Origin: Octopus bimaculoides
Taxonomy: Eukaryota
Assembly (NCBI RefSeq): GCF_001194135.2
Contig: NC_068985.1
Location: forward strand, 127,349,675-127,413,674
DNA length: 64,000 nt
Direction of reading: 5' to 3'
The notes beneath the pieces are model-generated. The model saw only the letters and a program-made list of their open reading frames with translations, did no database searches and was not told the origin of the DNA. The translations under genes and the position numbers were made by a program. This document shows, in pieces, positions 1-13,076 of this stretch. Numbering within the stretch: the stretch's first letter is position 1; every line of letters begins with the position of its first letter.

Positions 1-1545
1 TGGTTATGTATTGCAAGAAACAGCTAGGTTTCTTGCAATACATAGTTCAACCTACACAAGTTAATGTGTGAAAAATAAAGTAGGAATTTTGAAAGAAGTT
101 TCTATAAAACTAGTCTTTAGACATCAGATGGGAGAAGGGGTCCATAGGTAAAAAAAAAATAGTTGAGATCCTTTGGTATAAGCCATAGGTCCTTTAATCT
201 GTATTCTCATATCCTGGTCACTTTTCCAGTTGCAGCTGTCTTTTGGTATATATTTACAAGAAAATGTTGCTCTTCAAATGTAAAGCCTACAAGTTTATGT
301 AAGTTATAGGAAAAGGTTTATTACCTTGAGCACAGTATATATTACTTTTTAGTTTTCTATTTTTAGTAGAATTTGAACTCAAGAATTTCTAGCATAGCAT
401 TTACTTCAGCTTCTAAATAGATATTATAAAGCAATGGTTCTCAGGTTAATAAATATCAGCCTCCCCACTCAAATAATTAGTGAAACTTTTGAGTCTTCCT
501 TGCCTCCTTATTTTCATTAATGATGAAACAAATTAGAGCTTGCATCTTTGTAATTCTTTCTTCACCATGGTGTTGGACAAGATATCAACATTTAAACCCA
601 TCTCAATTTCTTGAAACATGGCAATTCTTTTCCCCCTCTCCCCACTCAACTCACACAGCAGGCCGTTCCTCCCCAATAAGAAGCACTACTTACTATAAAG
701 TATGAATTTCAATTCTCTTCAACTATACCAAACAGTCTTCCCTTCCTACACACACAACAAAGTTAAATATAAATAACATTGTCACTCTTTCCTACATGTG
801 AATATCCATGTAGCTCCCCTACAACAAGAACCTGCTATGTTCCATCCCTTTCTCTTGGACTATAACTCCTCATCTGCTAGCACAAGCTACTTCCTTAAAA
901 TTTTGTAGGCTTGAAAGCTCCATGTTGACCTCACTAATGCCAGTGGCACAAGAAAAGTGGTTGGTATTAGGAAGGGCACCCATCTGTAGAAACCATGCCA
1001 AAACAGGCATTGGTGCATGGTGTAGTCTTTGAACCCATCAGATCCTGTTAAACCATCTAATTCATACCAGCATGGAACATGGATGTTAAATGATGATGAT
1101 GATGGTTATGGTTAGAGTTGACATAACCAATTTTGTTCTGTTGTGGACATGTATTTATGTCAGTTAAGTATTAAATATTGAGTAATTTAACATTTAGTTA
1201 TTAAGGGATTCTTAAATACTTCCTTCCCAATGAGACAAAATATTTTCTCAAATTTGTGGATATGCTGTTATCCACGTCCCATATTCAGCCTGTAGTTTTG
1301 TTCTCTAATTTTTGTTTTATATCTGCTTAGTAGCTTACAAAAGAACAACTGATTTTTCTGTCTTTGTTCATTATAATATTTGCAGTCTTTGGCATTCATT
1401 GTTCTTTGTTTCCTCCAGAATGCTGTTTTGCTAAACTTTATTTCTAATTATGCTCTGTTTTGATAACATTCTATTCTAGTTATAGTCTGTTTGATTAAAC
1501 TTCACATGTAATTATCTTCTGTTGGATAATACTCATAATTTGTCT

Positions 1546-1605
<60 letters not shown>

Positions 1606-4584
1606 TTTTTTTAACAAACATTTATCTCTTGATATACCCTGAATTGATAGTTGTTACCTCTACAAAAAGCCCCATTCATAAACAACCCACTGCTAAAACT
1701 AACATACCTCTTACAGAGGCAAGGGTTCACAAGCTCCCTAAAGTGTCTAGATTCAGTACATCACATAGATGAAATTTGCAACAAGACCAGAAAATACTGG
1801 GACCCCACCCTCACCTCTGTCAGAATTTTGCATTGTTCTGGAACACTCTGTTTTTTCTTTTCCATCCACTAACTATTGTTTGACCTAAATATTGATTAAC
1901 CCTTTGGCATTCAAATTGCTGTTTAATGCTTAATTATTCACATTGTTTTGAATTAAACATGCATGTAGCTTTGAGATTTCAGTGGTGTGACTGTTTATTT
2001 TTAGACTGACATTGTTGGGTAGGTCTGAGAGGTTAGATCTAGTCAATTTAGATATAAAACAGGTAGAATATTTTGGACCAGATATGGCCTGTTTATGTGC
2101 TCAATCAGCCTCACGCAACCCCTATCTCTCCGTCTAAAAGAACTTAAGAAGGATGTCAGTATGACCCCATTTTATCAGACTAACTTTTGAAAAAATATCA
2201 ATTTTCATTGATTGATCCCTGGTTAGCCATTGAGTATTTGATATCTTTTAATCTTTTACTTGTTTCAATTATTGAACAGCAATCATGTTGGGCACCACCT
2301 TTAAGGGTTTAGTTGAACAAATCGACCCCAGTACTTACTTTTAAGTCTGGTACTTATTCTATCAGCCCCTTTTGCTGAGCTGTTAAGTAATGGGGATGTA
2401 AGCAAACCAACACCAGTTGGTTTGTCAATTGGTGGAGTGGGAGACAAACACACACACATGCATGCACGCACACATTATGGATTTCCACACAGTTTCTCTC
2501 TACCAAGTTCACTCACAAGGCATTGATTGGACCAGGGCTACAGAACTGAATCCCAAACAATTCAGCCATACCTACACCTGATAATATTTTCTATTAACTG
2601 TAAAGTTTGTGTTAAGTGGGACTTAAACAAGACTGCTTGAATAAGGTAAAACTTGAAGTCTCAATCAATACAAAGTTTACAATAAATTCAACTCTATGTT
2701 CAATATTGATTCCTCTCCATTAAATTGTTCTGTTATTTTTAAACTAGCATTAAATATTAACCTCATTTTAACAGTTAAAGTTTTTAATAACCTTGTAATC
2801 ATTATTATAAAATTACAGTTATTCTTTCATTAGGTACCTAGAGCTTTATCTTTAAATATTTGAAGTGAGAGTGGGAGGGAAAGAAACTATCACTTATCAG
2901 CTAATGTCAATTAACTTGTACTCAACAGCACTCACTAGACCACAGTTCACTTTCTTTGCAAGAATACTGCACTGTTGCTTTTGGGATGTAGGGTATCAGT
3001 GTTCTTGTTCTACTTTGTTTCTGACATACTTAGAATCCTTATCAAAGAAAATATATTTATTTCCCCAAAGCTGAAAATAAAATCTAAAATGAGCTACATT
3101 TTAGCATTATATAATTTGGATATTTTTGGTGATAGAAAAGATTATCTTGTTTGTAGGTTATCATTGAATCCACATCTGAATGCAACATCTATGGCACGTT
3201 ATACTGTAATAATATAATACAAAAAATTATATGCTGTAATAATGATAATACAAAAAAATTGCTTCCTGTCTGCTGGGTGAATTTAAGGCAACACTACAAA
3301 ATAAAATTGATAGGTCTTTCATAGAAAAACTACAAAGTGAACATTAGATATTTGATATAGAGCAGCCAGTCTAGTGACCTGACATAATATGAAATGATTT
3401 ACCTGAACCTGACATGAAATTGCTTAAGGTTCAAGGTGAGTTGGAAGAAGAAAATTTTATCTAATCTCTGTTATCACATAAGTGCGTGTGCACACATGCA
3501 CATGATGAAAAGCAGGCAGGGTTAGATGTGGTAACTGGTGGCAAGTTTCAGTAAATGTAGTTTATAACAAGCAGGGATGAGTTAGTGTGAAGAGAGAAAA
3601 AAGAGAAAAAAAAACGAAAAAACAAGTTAAGAATTTAGTTTGTCTGTGGAAATTTACAGGTGGTGTGAATGGGCAAAAAAAAAAAAGTAAGTAAAATAGT
3701 GTGCCATGAAGAAATAGCAACCAAACTGAGGATATTTAATCTTTTGCAATGAAAACAAAAGTGATGATCAAGAATGGAATTGGGTTGTTTTGCTCAGGTT
3801 AGCTCTAACAAACCAAACCTATGATCTAATGTATCAAATTAGTAGAGTTGTTATGGGATCAAATAGAGTAGCTGGTGGTATTTGTTCCAACTCTCTGCCT
3901 TCAGAGTTCAAATCTTTCTGTGGTTATCTTTGCCTTTCATCTTTGGGGTACCAGTCTGGAGCCAGTAAGGTTGGTGGAACTGTTAAGACATCAGACCAAG
4001 TGCCTTGTGGTTTCTGTTCTAGCGCCTTGCATTCCGAGTTCAAATCTCGTGATGGCCTACCTGGTGATTACATCTACCACCAGGTAGATGTAATCTGTTG
4101 GTAGGTTTAATACTAGCACCTTGATGGCGTTAGCATAACCCAGTCTGTTGCACGCATTCTGGCCAGGCCCCTCATTTCATGATCCCTTTCTCCTTCAGCC
4201 TTCACCAGTCATGGGGGCCCCGCAAAGAGCCATGGGCACTGCCTTCCCTCTTAAGTAAAAGATGAGAAAAAGAAGTAAAAAATGAGATTTGCCCATCTTT
4301 TGTTTTACCAGCACTTGCATCAAAGATGGCATCATCCAGTGTTCTCTTCTTTTAGAACAGAAGAGTGCGATTTAAAGGAGATTCTTCACTCCTAATTAAA
4401 TGCTTCAGTCATTAGACTGTGACCATGCTGTGGTACTGCCTTTAAGAGCTTTTAGTTGACTGAATTGACTCTAGTACTTATAAATAAACCTGGTACTTAT
4501 TCTATTGGTCACTTTTTGCCGAACTGCAAAGTTACAGGAACATAAACAAACCAACACCAGTTGTCAAATAGTGGTGGGGGACAA

Positions 4585-4629
4585 GCACACACGCACACAT
4601 GCGCACACACACATGCGCACACACATGCG

Positions 4630-4692
<63 letters not shown>
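4585..4692. repeat. Compound (CA)/(GC)/(AT) microsatellite
   Basis: 108 nt of unbroken purine-pyrimidine alternation, read directly. Confidence 0.95.
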
Positions 4693-4693
<1 letters not shown>

Positions 4694-5312
4694 ACAAGCT
4701 TCTTTCAGTTTCCATCTACCAAATCCACTCACAAGGCTTTGGTCAGCTTGAGGCTATAGTAGAAGACACTTGCCCAAGGTGCCCCACAGCGGGACTGAAC
4801 CTGGAACCATGTGGTTGGGAAGCAAGCTTCTTACCATATAGCCATACTGCACCTATGCTAATTTTCTCTGAAGTTGTTTTAATGGTTTGTTTTCCTACAT
4901 AGATTTGACTTGGAGTAGTCTGCATTGTGGTACCTTCACTTTGCGTTATCACCTCATGACAACCTAGTAATATTTTATCTGAAAATTTTGATATCTCCAG
5001 TGTTTCTTGGTCTACTGTCATTATCAGCACAGCTGCAGAACCAGAAGAGAACTGACAATTAAAACACGAGGTGGGGATGGTCATTGGTAAAAATGAGGTA
5101 CTGAGGCAAACTCTTGTTCTTACACATAAATTCTCTGTGCAATCATGGTTGTGAGCTATGTACAAAAACATACATGTCTTAAGATGCACTTACAATATGT
5201 ATATATGAGATGAACATACACACATAGTAAATATACATGTCTATACCTTAGATATACTTGTATTTATCTGCATATGCAGGTAGTCTGTTTCTTTCCTACA
5301 TTTATATATACA

Positions 5313-5353
<41 letters not shown>

Positions 5354-5759
5354 CACCTCTCTCATATGTATAAGTAATAATAGACTCTTCTTTCAAGAAT
5401 ACTGAAATCTGTTCTTGACATTAACAAAATTGTTTCGTATGAGGCAGTTAATTCCAATTTTAATTTTTTTAACCTTCTAAAACCTGTCGGTTCTTCCCCG
5501 ACTCTCTCTCTTTTACTTGTTTTTCGCTTTTCTCACTCTCATCGCCTTTTCCACTGTCTGTCTCTTTTTCTCTCTTCATTCCTTAATCTTCCCTCTGCCT
5601 CTCATCTACTTTCAGTTTTACTCTGCTTTTCATCTTCATTCCTGTTATCTCATTCCTTTCTTTTTCCAGTTTTTCTTACATTCTTTTTTTCATTTGCTAT
5701 CTCTCTATCTCCTTTATTACTTCTATTTCAGTTCTATCTTTCATATCTCTCTCCTCTGT

Positions 5760-5799
5760 CACACATACATACAAGCATACACACGTGCACACACACATG

Positions 5800-5875
<76 letters not shown>
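5760..5875. repeat. Compound (CA)n-(CT)n microsatellite. Similar tracts at about 1549-1600, 5317-5350, 9975-10022, 15494-15534, 19916-19978, 30198-30236 and 63261-63290
   Basis: Read directly. Confidence 0.95.
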
Positions 5876-6409
5876 TAGTTACTAGTCTGGAAAACAATCT
5901 CATTGTAACAATAAACAACAACAAAGCAACATGGTACATTGACCAGATGCTGTGGAAGTAGTATAGACTTGTCTTTTTCTTGACAACCCTGCTGTCAGCT
6001 TTGCTAAAACCATTCTATTATGTTTCTATGATAACTGAAACAAGTTCAAAGTCCAGAATTGGAACCTTTTGATATCAATCAGCATTAAACTATTTCTGGC
6101 TATTAAATCAAAATAAATACATAAATAAAAAAAACTACCTGTTTTGAAGTGTTTCTGTTTAAATTTAGAACTCCCTTCATAAATTTTATTTGAAGAAACT
6201 GTTTATCAAGTTATGTTCCAAATCCCAGCTTAAAACAAATTAATGCAATGAAATCCAACTCTTAAGGATTTTCAAGAGTAACAGAAATACATTTGGAGTA
6301 TATTAGAAACACGATCATGAACAAGCTTGTGATTGCTGGCACTGGAAACTTATCCTCTGTGCAAAGGAAAAAAATCTTGTTTTTTTACTTAAAATAGACA
6401 CTACCGTAG

Positions 6410-6412
6410 TCA

Positions 6413-6465
<53 letters not shown>

Positions 6466-6625
6466 TTCCTTTAATGTCTGTTTTCCGTGCTGGCAAGCAG
6501 GAGAGCTGCACCAGATTCCAGCCTGATTTGGCTTGGCTTCTACAGCTAGATGCCCTTCCTAACCCTAACCCTAACCTTACAGAGTGTGCTGAGTGCTTTT
6601 TGTGTGGCACCAACATGGGCACCTT
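6410..6625 (-). mobile_element. SINE family A copy with an expanded (CAT)n tail. Other copies at about 925-1103, 24018-24118, 25280-25378, 35669-35861, 39268-39450, 48527-48687, 53797-53975 and 58813-58998
   Basis: Shared TTTCCATGCTGGCATGG and CAGCTGGATGCCCTTCCTAA motifs. Confidence 0.8.
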
Positions 6626-6813
6626 CCTCATTCTCTTTACTTTTTTTTTGACATTAAATGTTTTATATATATATATATATATATNNNNNNNNNNNNNNNN
6701 NNNNNNNNNNNNNNNNNNNNNNNNNNNNNNNNNNNNNNNNNNNNNNNNNNNNNNNNNNNNNNNNNNNNNNNNNNNNNNNNNNNNNNNNNNNNNNNNNNNN
6801 NNNNNNNTATATA

Positions 6814-8058
6814 CAGGGGTTGGACAAAATAATGGAAACACCTTAAAATTTCAAATAAATTTATTCTAATATGGAGTAGGACCACTTTTGGCAGTAATTA
6901 TAGCTTGAATTCTATGAGGTATGGACTTGTACAAAGTTTGAATTGTTTCCAAGGGAATTTTAGTCCATTCTTCAGTTCTTGTAGTGATGATGGTGGAGGA
7001 TATCGACTCCTTACTTGTTTTTCTAAAATGCACCATAAATGTTCAATAATATTGAGGTCTGGGGACTGTGGTGGCCAGATAAGATGTTCAACTTCTAGAA
7101 TGTTTCTCGTGCCATTCAGTTACAACTTTAGCTGTGTGAATTGGTGCATTATCATCCTGAAAGATTGTTTCCCTCCGGAAACAGTTCCGCAACCATAGGA
7201 TGAATTTGATCAGATAAAATGCTTAAATAGTCTTGACTATTAATTCTGCTATGAAGGGAAACCATTGAGCCGGTGGATTTCCAAGATTCAGCCCCCCCCC
7301 CCCCAATCATCACAGATCCTCCTCCATGTTTAACAGTTGGAAGAAGGCAGTCTGAGTCAAATGCTTCTTTTAGCTGTCTCTACATGTATACTCAGTCCGA
7401 AATAAGGTAAAGGATGTCTCATCCAAGAAAATAACATTCTTCCACTGCTCTAGGGACCAATTCTGTAGGTTTTTACTCTACTCTAAATGTTTTGCAATGT
7501 TTGTTTTTGAAAGTAGTGATTTTCTGATTGCAGCCCTCCCATGAAATCTGGCTTTGTGCAGCTCCCAGCAAACAGTTTTTGTGGAAATTGGGTTCTCAAG
7601 GTGGTCATTAAGCTCTGCAGTAAATTTGGGAGCTGTACTTTTTTGATCCTTTCTAACAATTCACGTAAGAGTCTGACAGTCCACATCTGAAAGTTTTGGG
7701 TTTTTTTCTGGAGTTTTGTTTCGACGGGGAGGTTTTTCCCTCTTTCTCAAAGGTTGTTGTTACTTTCGAGACAGTACTTCTTGATACACCAAACATTTCG
7801 GCTGTTTTTGTTACGCTAGTGCCTGCCATACGAGCACCAACAATTTGACCTCTCCGAAAGTCTGATAGATCTGACATTTTAATGAAGTTTAATTACTTTT
7901 TTCTGATGATATCTGAAAAGAAGCAGCAATTTTAGCAAAACATATTAAGCAACACTTATAATAAATAAAAAACATAAAAATAAACAAGCTTTTGATGATT
8001 TTATAGATATTTCAAAATTATGATGCTATGGTGTTTCCATCATTTTATCCAACCCCTG
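6814..8058 (-). mobile_element. Full-length-size Tc1-family DNA transposon (1245 bp) with a decayed transposase
   Basis: 29-bp TIRs CAGGGGTTGGACAAAATAATGGAAACACC (6814-6842 and 8030-8058, 27/29 match) flanked by TA. Minus-strand fragments read MSDLSDFRRGQIVGARMAG (ATG 7877), FQDDNAPIH and WPPQSPDLNIIEHLW, with stop at 6866. Multiple frameshifts. Confidence 0.93.
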
Positions 8059-9991
8059 TATATATAACATGACACATAGACCAGAACTGGTTGAATATTA
8101 CAGATAACTGATTCATAATATCTTTATGGTTTCAGGAATACTTTCATTTCTCTGTCCACCATGGGTTTCAGATGATGCAAGCCATCTGTATTTACACATT
8201 ATATGGCAGAAAAAGTAATGGCTGGTCTCAGGATTTTGAGCAAAGGACTGCACACATGGCAAGACTTAACCAACTCATACCAGCATGGAAAATTAGATGT
8301 AAAAATTATGTTACTTCTACACATGCTCTTGAGTAAAACCTTAAATACATACACATCAACTTTCTTAAATCAGTATAAGCATGTTATGTTTATAGGATGC
8401 TGAACTACAGGTTGAAAGGTTAACAACTCATATTCTAGGAACGGCTCTGCAGTTTCTGTGTATGAGATATTTAACTCTTAAAAGTTCACTAAGCTATAAA
8501 TAGGCAATCTTCACTTTCATGATTAGCTCACTGCAGTAAACAGCAGTATTTAATGTGTAAGATTATGAGCCCTTTGGCTTGTATCATGATTCAAATCTGG
8601 TCATGGGTATAAATCAGGGAGAAATGGTTTCTTCCAAGCTGCTTCATCCTAAATATATACTCTATATGAATTCTACAGTGATGTCCCAACAAACCTAATT
8701 GTTTATAAGGTGGCCAACCATTCAAAATCAATATGGAATAGGCATACATTGCTTACAAAAAAAAAGAACAAAGATAAAACATTATTTTGTGACTTGTATA
8801 CAGCTGCTGTTTGTTTTGTATCAACATTTAATAACATCTACCCAATCAGATGCTCATTTGTAATTAATAGAAAATGCTTTTGTTTACACGATTTACTTAG
8901 ACATCCATATACTTTCACTATATAGCTTAGAGAAATATAATTAGAATCTTTTTGTAGTTCTTTCATACAGAGCTCCACTTCCATATTGGCTTTCATTCCA
9001 TTCATTCCCTCATTTTTTTTTTTAAATTCATTCATTCTTGTTATTTGTTTCATTCTCAAACATCTGGAAAGTTTTGTGTCTTTTATTGTTGTTTTCATCA
9101 TTATCGTAGTCCTCATCATTTTATTTCTTTTTCCTAATATTCTGCTAAGATTCCACTTGCCAAATGCAACATATATTTTTAGTATTTTTAGTTGATGAGA
9201 AAGAGAGAGTAAATTATTTTCATATATTTTGTTTACCTTAATTGTTAATTCTGCCATGTTGTTGCTGTTGTCTCTATTGTTTTTTTTTTTTAGTTTTGTT
9301 GTTGTTTTAAGACAAAATCTAAAATCTCTGTTATAAGCAAGAGCTACATCTATTTAAGAACATCTGATAAGATGATAGAATTTAAGCACTTGTTTTCAGC
9401 TTCAGTTGACATGTTTGAAGGGAAAGCTTTTGGCTTTCTTTCATTTCTATTTATCCCCTCTTTTGCTCTTTTTTTTCTTTTTTTTTTTTTTGAAAGAAAA
9501 TTAATCTTCATGTATTCTTCCCCATTGCTCTGGCTAAGTCAATTAACATTGTTATAGGTTAAAGTTTATTTGTAGAAAATACTCGATTATCAGTCTCTCC
9601 CAAAACGATAACTCATTTCATTGAATTAAATAAATTTGGCATTTTACCAAGTTACAGCAGTTGTTATATTTATTTCATATTCATTTTCTTTTTGTTTTTT
9701 GTTTGTTTTCTTTCTAAAAATTGCTCTATTTTCGTACTTTTCACTTTAAACCAACATAAAATAGCCAAGTTGATATTTGATTAGTATTGCAAATGAAAAT
9801 TATATTTTTGATAAAATCCAGATTGTGTTTGTGTATGAGGAGGACTATTAAGTTTGCCATGTTACTAAGCCATTTACCAGCTGAAACCATATTAGTTTGT
9901 CCAATGTGTGTCTGCCTGCCTATGTACACATTTGTGTATCGTATATCTGCGCTTATGTACAACTATCTGTGTAGTAGCACATGCTTGAACA

Positions 9992-10030
<39 letters not shown>

Positions 10031-10438
10031 TTCATTTGCAAAAGCGTGGCCATTTGTGCGTCTTGGTGTAAAGCTAGTTTGATTTTCATAACCAAAATCC
10101 AATTGAAGAGTGTAATACTCTTGAGCAAGATGTTTCTATTTAATTTTTACTGTAATAGCTGCATACTGCTGCTGAACAAGTTACACATTTTGTTTCTAAA
10201 TTTACACAGAATATTCCCAAGATATGTATGTGTTGCTGTATAGCCTCTGATCAGTCCTAATCTAGCAGACTTGCGTTCAAAGTTGAGCCAACTGTGACTA
10301 TTCCATCATTTTTGTTTCTAACATAGTATATTTAGTGCTACATTTTTCTTGTTATTTCTGTCTGTTCATGCAACTACATTGCAGCAGCCCTTCCATTGGA
10401 TCAGTCTCTCTCACACACACAAAGTTGTTGGCTCAAGT

Positions 10439-10781
10439 CATCATCATCATCATCGTTTAACGTCCGCTTTCCATGCTGGCATGGGTTGGACGATTTGACT
10501 GAGGACTGGTGAAACCGGATGGCAACACCAGGCTCCAGTCTGATTTGGCAGAGTTTCTACAGCTGGATGCCCTTCCTAACGCCAACCACTCAGAGAGTGT
10601 AGTGGGTGCTTTTACGTGTCACCCGCACGAAAACGGCCACGCTCGAAATGGTGTCTTTTATGTGCCACCCGCACAAGCCAGTCCAGGGGCACTGGCAACG
10701 ATCTCGCTCGAAAATCCTACAGGAGCCAGTCAGGCGGTACTGGCAACGGCCACGCTCAAAATGGTGCATCTCATGTGCCAC
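10439..10781 (-). mobile_element. SINE family A copy (RTE-type 3' end, (GAT)n tail), CpG-rich and apparently young
   Basis: (CAT)n-CGTTTAACGTCCGCTTTCCATGCTGGCATGGGTTGG... core is repeated many times in the window. Confidence 0.85.
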
Positions 10782-11391
10782 TTCATATGATTTATTTTCT
10801 AAACAATTTGATGTTAGCTCTCATTCAACATTAGCTTTCAGTATTGACTGGAATTGTTCTGTTCATTTTTTTGTATTTGACCCATGCTAGCATGGAAAAT
10901 CCTGACATTAAATGATGACGATGACAGTTCAAAAGTTCACTTTGCTGCCTTCTCTCATAATGCTCAACTAATGTCATAAATTCTGATGATCAAAAATTCA
11001 GACAGCCAAAATATGTTGGTCTCCGTGTGTCTGTACAAGAAATATTGTTCTTTAGAAACTTTTTCATTTTGTAGTGTATAAATAATAATGCTTGTTATGT
11101 ACATTTGTAGCTTTTGCATAAACTAAACCTGCTGTCCCTTGAAAACCTTTAGAAAATGTATGTCACCTGTTTGTAAGATCATGTACCCATGTGTAAATAT
11201 GCATGCATTTCCCTGTTACTTTAGCATTTTTATTTACATCTTCATACTCTCATTAGCAGCTTTCATGTATATTTTTCAACAATACTTCCAATTGGAAAAA
11301 ATTGAAAATGTTGCAATTATCACAAAGTTTAGTATAATACCTTCCTTCATTATTCACGACTCCACTATTCTAGTAGTAGCATAATCCTTGA

Positions 11392-11742
11392 ATGTTGGGC
11401 CTGACGGAGGCGATTTCGAGTGACCGAGACCTTTGGCGATGTGCTGTGTTCGAGAAGACTTGTCAAACCAATTGAAATTGTTGTCACGGTTGTTGCCAGT
11501 GTCATGTGCCTGTGAAGCCGTGGTCGTGGTCATTGCCGACGTCACGCAAATGGCAGCTGTGCCGGTGGCACATAAAAGCATCCATTACAGTCTCAGAGTG
11601 GTTGGCATTGGGAAGGGCCTCCAGCCATAGAAACCATGCCAAATCAGACTGGAACCTGGTGCAGATCTCTGGCTTACCAGTTCCAGTCTAACCATCTAAC
11701 CCATGCCAGCAGGGAAAGCGGACGTTAAATGATGATAATGAT
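11392..11742 (+). mobile_element. SINE family A, longer copy
   Basis: Same core in the opposite orientation, ending GGACGTTAAATGATGATAATGAT. Confidence 0.8.
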
Positions 11743-11758
11743 ATATATATGCGTGTGT

Positions 11759-11796
<38 letters not shown>

Positions 11797-12734
11797 GTAT
11801 AGTTGTTTTGTTACTTTTCTACTTTAATGGATGAATGTTACACATGACAAATTTTTGGTACTCTCTACATGTTGTCAATGGCACCAGACTATGATTGATA
11901 AATAGATGTATCCAGAAATGATCAAATTTAGACATTTCACTGAGATTCTCTGTCACTTGCTGACTATAAAGATCTTTGCTAAGTGAGGACCAAGAAAAGT
12001 AGCTTCACTTAGAAAACTTATTGGTTGCGAGATTGTGATTGATCAGGAGTTCAGATACAGCTACAAGCAGTGTATTGCCCTCCCTCTATGTTTAACTGAT
12101 ATTAGTACTGCCCCTCCATTGTAACTCTTTAGCATTTAGATTATCCTTTTTTGAATTAATCATAAATTATTTCATAGCTTCAAGATTGAAATGATATGAT
12201 TGTTGATCTTTAGAATAACATTGTAGGCAGGTTAGAGCGGCCAGATCTGGCTGGTTTGAACATAAAACAGGTAGAATATTTGAGCCTGGTGTGGTCGGTT
12301 GAATTGCTAAAGGGTTAATAACTAGCAAAAGGAAACTTGTTAGTTTCTTATTACTTACACTATGATCAATACTGCTATTGCTACTACTTTGGCAGTTTGT
12401 TGAGGATGAGATTATACCCAAATTCCTCCCATGTGCTCCTTTCAATTTTTAGTACATACAAAAAAATGTAATCAAATAGACATTTAGAATTTTCTCTTTA
12501 ATCCTTCTTAACCCATTAGCATTCAGAATACTCTGTCAAATGTAATGCTTATTTATTCACATTGTTTTAAATTAATCATGCATTGTCTCATTGCTTCAAG
12601 ATTTCTATGATATGATTGTTTATTTTTAGAATGGCATTGAAAAGTAGGTGTGAGAGGCCATATATGGCTGCAATAGATGCTAAAGGATTAAACAGGTATT
12701 CTCCAATGGGATGTACTTGATCCCAAACATGGGA

Positions 12735-13076
12735 AGTCTGTGCGGGTGGCACATAAAATACACTATTTTGAGCATGGCCGTTGCCAGTACCGCCTGACTG
12801 GCCTTTGTAGGATTTTTGAGCGAGATCGTTACCAGTGCCCCATGACTGGCTCTTGTGCGGGTGGCACATAAAATACACCATTTTGAGCGTGGGGTGACAC
12901 GTAAAAGCACCCACTACACTCTCTGAGTGGTTGGCGTTAGGAAGGGCATCCAGCTGTAGAAACTCTGCCAAATCAGATTGGAGCCTGGTGTTGCCATCCG
13001 GTTTCACCAGTCCTCAGTCAAATCGTCCAACCCATGCTAGCATGGAAAGCGGACGTTAAATGATGATGATGATGAT
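12735..13076 (+). mobile_element. SINE family A copy, inverted near-duplicate of 10439-10781
   Basis: The reverse complement differs at only about 2-3 positions over ~170 nt. ORFs 10509 and 12588 share their first 39 aa. Confidence 0.85.

Noticed and set aside
4505-4902. ORFs rich in HT/YI/CV repeats, and the many ORFs spanning X runs
   Set aside because: These are translations of microsatellites and N-gaps, not genes.
6558-6578. CCCTAACCCTAACC telomere-like repeat
   Set aside because: Only two to three units, arising from slippage of the SINE's own CCTAAC motif.
8838-9257. 139-aa minus-strand ORF
   Set aside because: AT-rich low-complexity sequence with no recognisable domain or splice context.
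10509-13007. Two ORFs sharing MKPDGNTRLQSDLAEFLQLDALPNANH
   Set aside because: Both are antisense readings of the same SINE family, not a duplicated gene.
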